From a bacterium (GTDB lineage Bacteria; RBG-13-61-14; DATKZS01), in contig CAXXFL010000006.1 in assembly GCA_963674965.2 (NCBI GenBank), positions 160,001 through 224,000 on the forward strand: a stretch of DNA of 64,000 nt, given 5' to 3'. The notes under the pieces are model-generated. The model was not told the origin of the DNA. It was given only the letters and a program-made list of their open reading frames with translations, and did no database searches. The translations under genes and the position numbers were made by a program. Numbering within the stretch: the stretch's first letter is position 1; the number at the start of each line of letters is the position of its first letter. Of this stretch, positions 58,423-64,000 are shown piece after piece.

Positions 58423-58451
58423 TTTAACATCGTTTACTGAACCATGTTAAA
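58423..58451. promoter_or_regulatory. Candidate TetR operator (inverted repeat)
   Basis: TTTAACATCGTTT-act-GAACCATGTTAAA, 11/13 symmetric, just downstream of a minus-strand TTGACT element (58474-58479). Confidence 0.65.
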
Positions 58452-58594
58452 TAAATAGCACGCCAGGATAAATAGTCAAGGAAAAAATTGAGACGCGGCA
58501 AAAACAAGACTATGCATTCAAAAGAAAGTCTCAGAAAATGAGGGCACAATTACTATTTTATCAGATTTTCAACCGCTATTTGAGAATGAGAAAC

Positions 58595-59083
58595 TTAACT
58601 CATTTTCTTTCCCGGGGGCCAGTCGTAGGGAATATCGAGGGTTACGTGGATGAATCTGTCCCAGTCGCTTTTCCGGACGTAGTCGGGCTGGGGGAATCCC
58701 TTGAATATTTTTACGAGGATGGGCTTTACTTCCTCGAACTTTTCTCCCTTAAGTTCCACCTTGCCTTTGTATCCGGCTATGCCCTGGATGTAGGGACAAG
58801 AGGGGGGGAAGAGTTCCTTGCGGATGGACTCGACCGATATCTTGTGGCACCAGCCGGTCATTTCCCGGACCTGGTATACCCCGCAGACGGCCTCTCCGTT
58901 TTCCTTGTAGGACAGGTATTTGCAGGGCAGGTCGCGAAGCAGGACCATGTCTTCCTTGATTTTTATGGCCGCGTGGCAGCATACGCCGCACCTTTGGCAA
59001 ACGCTCTCGTCGCCAAAGCGGGCCTTGATCTCCGGCGTGACGCCGGTGGCGTACTCGAGGATGCTTTTAACGATTTTAGACAT
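58595..59083 (-). CDS. Cysteine-cluster protein (YkgJ/CxxCxxCC-like)
   Basis: CQRCGVCC, PCKYL, CGVY, C, CPY; start may extend to 59149. Confidence 0.7.
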   Translation of the reverse strand: MSKIVKSILEYATGVTPEIKARFGDESVCQRCGVCCHAAIKIKEDMVLLRDLPCKYLSYKENGEAVCGVYQVREMTGWCHKISVESIRKELFPPSCPYIQGIAGYKGKVELKGEKFEEVKPILVKIFKGFPQPDYVRKSDWDRFIHVTLDIPYDWPPGKKMS

Positions 59084-59243
59084 GGCCCTCGCCCCCAAAA
59101 GGGGAGTTTGCCCGCCTTTTCCTTGGTTTCCAGTTACCGATTCGCTCATTTTTTAAAATTATAGACCCCTATCGCGGAATTGCCCCGTCCTATGCGAACG
59201 GGGCAGGTCCAGGCCCAGGTCAATATATTTGTATCCAGCGGTT

Positions 59244-59642
59244 TTAACTGGATTTTTTAACAAGGTCCTCCCAGAAGGAAAGGGTCTTCTTTCTCCTGTC
59301 CTTGCTGTCCACCAGGTCTCTTATCATCTCCTGCAGAGTGGATTTCTCCTTGGCCGCCAGCTTGCCCACGTTGCCCAGGTAGGCTATCGAGGCCTGGACC
59401 AGTTCGTCGTCGGCGCTGGCTTTGCCACCGCCTTCCTCGCCGGACGAGGCCTTGCCGGTTAAAAGCCAATCCAGGCTGACGCTGGTCTTACGGGCTATCT
59501 TGATAAGGGTTTCCCTGTCGGGCTGACGTCCGTTTAAGTACCGGCTGATCGAGGCCTGAGTGGTTCCAAGCCGCTCGGCGAACTGGGCCTGGGTTTCAGA
59601 CGGCAAACGTAAAGACTTAATACGGTCGGCAAGCGTTTTCAT
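59244..59642 (-). CDS. XRE-family HTH regulator
   Basis: TQAQFAERLGTTQASISRYLNG..P..L.KIA....VSLDWLL.G. Confidence 0.9.
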   Translation of the reverse strand: MKTLADRIKSLRLPSETQAQFAERLGTTQASISRYLNGRQPDRETLIKIARKTSVSLDWLLTGKASSGEEGGGKASADDELVQASIAYLGNVGKLAAKEKSTLQEMIRDLVDSKDRRKKTLSFWEDLVKKSS

Positions 59643-59786
59643 TTTTACTTCTATCTCCTTTTACATTACTAAAAATATCATTTAGCCTTCACCACGCGTT
59701 TCAGCGTGGCATAAATATTCTATGGGCTACTTGAAAGGAATGATGCCAGAATGTTTGGGGCCTAAACTTTCCCTTTTCCTTATTGT

Positions 59787-59815
59787 ATTTTACTAGCCGC
59801 AGGGCCGCGTGTCAA
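59787..59815 (-). promoter_or_regulatory. Putative sigma70 promoter for the XRE gene
   Basis: TTGACA-17 bp-TAAAAT on the minus strand. Confidence 0.65.
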
Positions 59816-60193
59816 GAAAGGGGCCGGCAAAGCGTTATTTTGCCCCGAGAGAGACCATATAATTTTATTCTTTATTTTCAGCATGTTAAATAATTCAAAT
59901 CCAGCGGGCGCGATGGCCTGAAAATTTTCCACAACGGAATCGGCGTGGCCCCATCCGGTTCTGGATCATTCTAATTGCCTGGAATATTTAATCATTTCAA
60001 GGCGATCCTGACGGAGAAGGAAAAAATCGTACCCACTCGTCATTTTTCTCCATAGGCTACCGGGCGTTTTTTTACGAACGCCTGAAAAGAAAAGGAAATC
60101 ACGGATGGGATTGAATCGAGCAGACCCGAGTTGACGACTCCCCGCCGGCGCGGTACTTTAAATAATCGGCGATTTTAAAAAATGGAGGAATAA

Positions 60194-60751
60194 ATGGGAA
60201 AGAGGAAACTTGAGGACCTGGCCGCCCTTTCCAATCGCGAATTGGAGGACGTCTACGATAAGGGCAAAACTCCGGACCCGGAGAAACTGGTGGGCTGGGA
60301 GTTCAGGGGGTATAACGTCCCCTTCGCGGCCAAGCTGTTGGGGATCAAGAAATTCATGAAGGGCTTTTACAAGGTGGGAGAAGAGCATTGGGGCTACAAT
60401 ATTCCCATCTATCAGAACGGCCTTGACGAGCCCTGGCGCAGCCAGCCGGTGGACCATAACCCCAAGCGGTTCGGTTATTACTCGGTAAGGCCCGTGACTC
60501 CCGGAATGAAGGAAAACAAGGAACCAGGTTCCCTGATACTCAATTACGCCGACGGCAAGAACCTTCCCTGGGAGGGGTCCATGCTTCGGGACTATATCAA
60601 ACAAGTGGACCCGGACAATGACGACCTATACCTGGGCAAGGCCTATTTCGCCGTGGGCCCCGCCCGCGTGGCGCCGGCGTTCTTCATTATCGAGCGGGCC
60701 AGGAAGACCGAGACCCAGGTGGCGCATAAGCCGAAGCGCGCCGCGGGTTGA
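60194..60751 (+). CDS. Hypothetical protein
   Basis: GGAGG RBS; protein-like motifs L.GWEFRG.N, KFMKGF, LNY, LRDY, LGKAY. Confidence 0.7.
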   Translation: MGKRKLEDLAALSNRELEDVYDKGKTPDPEKLVGWEFRGYNVPFAAKLLGIKKFMKGFYKVGEEHWGYNIPIYQNGLDEPWRSQPVDHNPKRFGYYSVRPVTPGMKENKEPGSLILNYADGKNLPWEGSMLRDYIKQVDPDNDDLYLGKAYFAVGPARVAPAFFIIERARKTETQVAHKPKRAAG

Positions 60752-60767
60752 GTTCCGTCAGGAAAGA

Positions 60768-61823
60768 TCAATCTCCGAAGTGGATTTTAACGGGGGCGCG
60801 GGCGAACAGGGTCGTGCCCACCGACTCGTGGGCGGCGACGGTCAACTCTCCTCCCATGGTCGTGGTCAGCCTCCTGGCCAGGGCCACGCGGAGCACCCTC
60901 TGCTTGTCCTTCTCCGAGGTCGCCCCCAGCGCGTCCTGAAGAGAAAACTCGCTTCCCACCATCTCGAGCTCGGGCGAGACCACGCCCGTGCCGGTAATGG
61001 CGTAGCCCAGGGTTGCGGACCCGTCCCCCATCATCATCAGGTCGGCCGAGATGACCACGTTCTCTCCCTTTTGCGTCCTCCTGATCATGAAGTCCACCAG
61101 GATGGCAAGAACGCGGTTTAAAAGGGCCGGGTCTCCCACCACCTGGGGAAGATCGCGACAGGCGGCCTCCTCGAGGTAGACCCCTCTTTCCTCGGCGATG
61201 GGACGGAAGGATTTCCGCGCCAGAGCGAGCAGGCGGTTGGGATGGAAGGGCACCGACTCGGAGCGGAACTCACCGAACAAAAGCTCGCCAAAGTCCCTCA
61301 TCCGGTAGAAACCCTCCTCGAACTGGCCGAGCAATTCCCCGAAGCTGGCGTCCACGTATTCGGTCCTGTGGTCGGGCCGGGCCACGATCGAGTTCATCTC
61401 CAGCATGGGATACTCGAAGTTGGTAAGCATGGACCTGAACAGCTCGAGGTTTTTCCGCTTCTGGTTGAGCTCGGAGGTCGCGTCCCATAAGGTCAGCACC
61501 GCCCCGGCCGCCCTGCCCTCCAGGGTGATGATCCCCATGCTGGCTCTGAACCTGAACCTGTCGTTGCTCAGCCAGAACCGCCTGGGCGCTCCTCCCGGAG
61601 TGATGGCGGCCAATTGATCGCTTATGGGCTCCCACATCCAGGCGGGGAGTATCTCGGAAACGTGTCTTCCCAGGTCGAGGCCGGCGTTGGAGTCGAACCT
61701 TTTGATAAAGGCGGGGTTCATGTAGGCGGCCACGCCCTTGGCGCTAAGGACTATAACGGGGTCCTCCATGAACGAAAGCAGGGTCCTCTCCGGTCCTTTT
61801 TGAATCTCGTCAAACTCCTTCAT
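60768..61823 (-). CDS. PAS-containing pseudo-histidine kinase
   Basis: PAS-like N-terminus; LPQVVGDPALLNRVL and MGGELTV..VGTTLF fit HATPase geometry, but H, N and G boxes are degenerate. Confidence 0.7.
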   Translation of the reverse strand: MKEFDEIQKGPERTLLSFMEDPVIVLSAKGVAAYMNPAFIKRFDSNAGLDLGRHVSEILPAWMWEPISDQLAAITPGGAPRRFWLSNDRFRFRASMGIITLEGRAAGAVLTLWDATSELNQKRKNLELFRSMLTNFEYPMLEMNSIVARPDHRTEYVDASFGELLGQFEEGFYRMRDFGELLFGEFRSESVPFHPNRLLALARKSFRPIAEERGVYLEEAACRDLPQVVGDPALLNRVLAILVDFMIRRTQKGENVVISADLMMMGDGSATLGYAITGTGVVSPELEMVGSEFSLQDALGATSEKDKQRVLRVALARRLTTTMGGELTVAAHESVGTTLFARAPVKIHFGD

Positions 61824-62461
61824 GGTTTTTTTACCGATCTCGAATCCAGCAGTTCCTCCGACAAAAGCCGGTACAGTATCCTGAAAGTCATGAACCGGGG
61901 AAGCGGGCTAAGGGCGGCCAGGTCCTCCACCGTCGTCTCCCCCGTGATGAGCGAGAGCACGAAGCCCTCCTCCTGGGTGAAGTCCATGGTGCCGATGAGC
62001 TTGGTCAGAGGCACCTTGAGACGGGGCGTGGCCTTCCTGCCCCCGCAGGCCTCGATCACGTGCCGAAGCAGACCCGCCCGGCAAAGCTCGACGTGGGCCC
62101 AGTAGTAGGGTTGGGAAGGATCGAGTTTATGGGCGGCCTCGAAGGACTGGATGGCCTCGAGCCAGTCGCCCCGGTGCAAGCTCTTGTAACCCTTGACGAA
62201 CTGTTTGTTGAAACCCGATTTTACGCTGGTGGTCGTTTCCTCCTCGACCACCTCGGCCAACTCGATGGGCTCCGAGCGATCGGAAAGGGAGGACTCGGCC
62301 TTTCTGCCCGTCTCTATCTCGATATATTCGCGGGCCGTCTCGTTGGAAGGGTCGTACCGGAGGACCTCGCGCCAGCGCTCGAGCGCCTTTTGCGTGTCGC
62401 CTATGCCGTAATGATAAAGGCCCCTTTCAAGAAGTCTCTGGATGTCCTTGGCGCCGCTCAT
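61820..62461 (-). CDS. TPR protein with DUF4388-like C-terminal motif
   Basis: Two TPR-like units; FTQEEGFVLSLITG..TV.DL..LSPL; ATGA overlap with the next gene. Confidence 0.7.
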   Translation of the reverse strand: MSGAKDIQRLLERGLYHYGIGDTQKALERWREVLRYDPSNETAREYIEIETGRKAESSLSDRSEPIELAEVVEEETTTSVKSGFNKQFVKGYKSLHRGDWLEAIQSFEAAHKLDPSQPYYWAHVELCRAGLLRHVIEACGGRKATPRLKVPLTKLIGTMDFTQEEGFVLSLITGETTVEDLAALSPLPRFMTFRILYRLLSEELLDSRSVKKP

Positions 62462-62516
62462 GTAATGCCTCTATCAAGCCGCCCGCTTTCTCGCCTGGGC
62501 GGATTAAACCACGCGC

Positions 62517-63485
62517 TCAGCCGGCGATCCCTCTGCTCTGCCGGTACTCGGGGATGCTCAGCATGGGCGGTCTCTCGCGAAGCTGCACCGGAGTGTTCTC
62601 CAGCCTGTAGAGGGCGGGATCGCAGATAAGCTTATAATAGTCCGCGCTCAGGTCCCCGTCGAATTTAGCTATTTCAAGGCTTTCGAGACGGGAGAAGAAA
62701 GCGTGGATGATCTCGAAGCCCATCTTGCCCAGGGCCGTGGTGGACTGATTGCGGTGAATCCTTTTATCCAGGTTCACCTGGGCGATGACGTCCGAGCCCA
62801 GCCGGGAGGATATGTCGATCAACATGCCCGTCTCGATGCCGTATCCCGTGGGAAAGGGGAGAGACTCGAGGAGGTCGCGCCGGCCCGCGCATTCGCCGCT
62901 GCAGGGCTGGTAAAGCGTGGCCAGGTCGGGGAAAAAAGCGCTGAAAAGGGGGCGGACCAATATCTCCGTTACCCTGCCGCCGCCGTGCTCGTCCTCCTCT
63001 CCCGGCCGGAAAAGGGGGCGGTCGTAAAAGGCCTTGACGAACTGGATCTCCGGATAATACAAAAGAGGACCGACCAGGCCGTAAACGAACTTGGGATGGA
63101 TGTTCTTGATGTCCGCGTCAACCCAGACGATGAGGTCGCCCTTTAAAAGGAAAAGGCTTTTCCAGAGGTTGTCGCCCTTGCCCGGCATCCGGCCCAGATG
63201 AGGAAGGCAATCCTCGGCCAGATACACGTCGGCCCCCGCCCGCTCGGCCTCGAGGGCCGTCCGGTCGCTCGAACCGCCGTCGATGACCGCGATCTCGTCC
63301 ACCAGCCCGTACCTGGTCTGGAGTCCTTCCTTGACCGCCCTGATCTCGGCCCCGATGGTCGATTGCTCGTTCAAAGTGGGAAAAGCCACGCTGACGGTTA
63401 AACCCTGGGCCTCTTTCTCCCGCGTCAGGGCCGCGATATCGGAGAAGGCCGTGTGATGGAAAGTCGCTATTTCCGTTCGGGACAT
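62517..63485 (-). CDS. gpgS: Glucosyl-3-phosphoglycerate synthase
   Basis: PTLNE..TIG, GKGDNLWKSL, VDAD, VKAFYDRP, GGGRVTE...RPL, QP.SGE.AGRR, GYGIE, R.HRNQ. Confidence 0.85.
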   Translation of the reverse strand: MSRTEIATFHHTAFSDIAALTREKEAQGLTVSVAFPTLNEQSTIGAEIRAVKEGLQTRYGLVDEIAVIDGGSSDRTALEAERAGADVYLAEDCLPHLGRMPGKGDNLWKSLFLLKGDLIVWVDADIKNIHPKFVYGLVGPLLYYPEIQFVKAFYDRPLFRPGEEDEHGGGRVTEILVRPLFSAFFPDLATLYQPCSGECAGRRDLLESLPFPTGYGIETGMLIDISSRLGSDVIAQVNLDKRIHRNQSTTALGKMGFEIIHAFFSRLESLEIAKFDGDLSADYYKLICDPALYRLENTPVQLRERPPMLSIPEYRQSRGIAG

Positions 63486-63740
63486 TTTTATATACTCATA
63501 TTTACGGGGGAATACCCGGAAAACAACGAATACAGAATATACAATTTAACCCGAACCCGAGAGTAAAGTCAAGTAAAGGAGGCGGAAAGGTAATCCTTTG
63601 AAACGCCCGAAAAAGCTTGCACAAGAAGCCTGTCGGAGTATTAGCTCCGCGCTTTGATCCGTAATGATCGATCACTGACGTTCCGGCTCGCCAACTTTGA
63701 TTTTTTATTGTTGGCGGCATGATCGCGAAATCGATCGAAA

Positions 63741-64000
63741 TCAATTTGCCTTGTACTCGGGCACGGCCTCGAGGCCTCCCTTGTAGACCTCCCAGCTCGT
63801 CTTAAGGCTGGTCTCCTCGCCCGGTTTCAGGGTGACCTTGGGTCCGAGTATCTCCATTTCCATCAGTCGGCCGGAGGGGTCGTCCTCGGCGTACCTTCTT
63901 TCGTTTTTATGCACGAACTCCCCTTTTCCCGCCACCCACATCTCGAAGTTTCCCCGGTCGGGGTAGACGGCCTTGGGGTCGTAAGGAAAACGCTGCACGT
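63741..64000 (-). CDS. C-terminal part of a hypothetical (DUF4380-like) protein; runs off window
   Basis: YPD.G.NFE.W, MEMEILGP...L.PGE....W. Confidence 0.55.
   Translation of the reverse strand, partial: VQRFPYDPKAVYPDRGNFEMWVAGKGEFVHKNERRYAEDDPSGRLMEMEILGPKVTLKPGEETSLKTSWEVYKGGLEAVPEYKAN

Noticed and set aside
59244-60193. XRE gene plus AT-rich spacer as a prophage immunity region or toxin-antitoxin pair
   Set aside because: No integrase, phage genes or recognisable toxin nearby

Overview
A 64-kb bacterial chromosomal window, GC-rich with AT-rich intergenic stretches and orphan genes. Gene content resembles an anaerobic deltaproteobacterium-like organism (inference only). In order: (1) a minus-strand corrinoid methyltransferase operon (corrinoid protein, two non-pyrrolysine MttB-family enzymes, hydantoinase-like protein, DUF1638, sarcosine/dimethylglycine N-methyltransferase, betaine ABC transporter); (2) an IS701/IS4-like element with perfect 21-bp inverted repeats cutting a G8-frameshifted membrane gene; (3) asd behind a consensus sigma70 promoter and an apparent leader-peptide attenuator; (4) envelope genes, a large secreted LVIVD-repeat protein, a GMC oxidoreductase pair, NYN and HIT genes; (5) an AmmeMemoRadiSam locus with a lipoprotein-like AmrB-AmrA fusion and two small proteins resembling the AmrS N-terminal strand; (6) a heme-c sensor kinase and a Ser/Thr kinase-WD40; (7) hypF(short)CDE and a group 2-type sensory [NiFe]-hydrogenase co-oriented with a multistep phosphorelay ending in a receiver-fused PilB/GspE ATPase, the best candidate for an undescribed system (H2 sensing to a pilus/secretion motor); (8) a TetR-associated glycyl radical enzyme with an N-terminal SCP2-like domain; (9) a pseudo-histidine kinase, a TPR protein and gpgS. 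No rRNA, tRNA or CRISPR array was seen. All family calls come from motif recognition by eye, not database searches.
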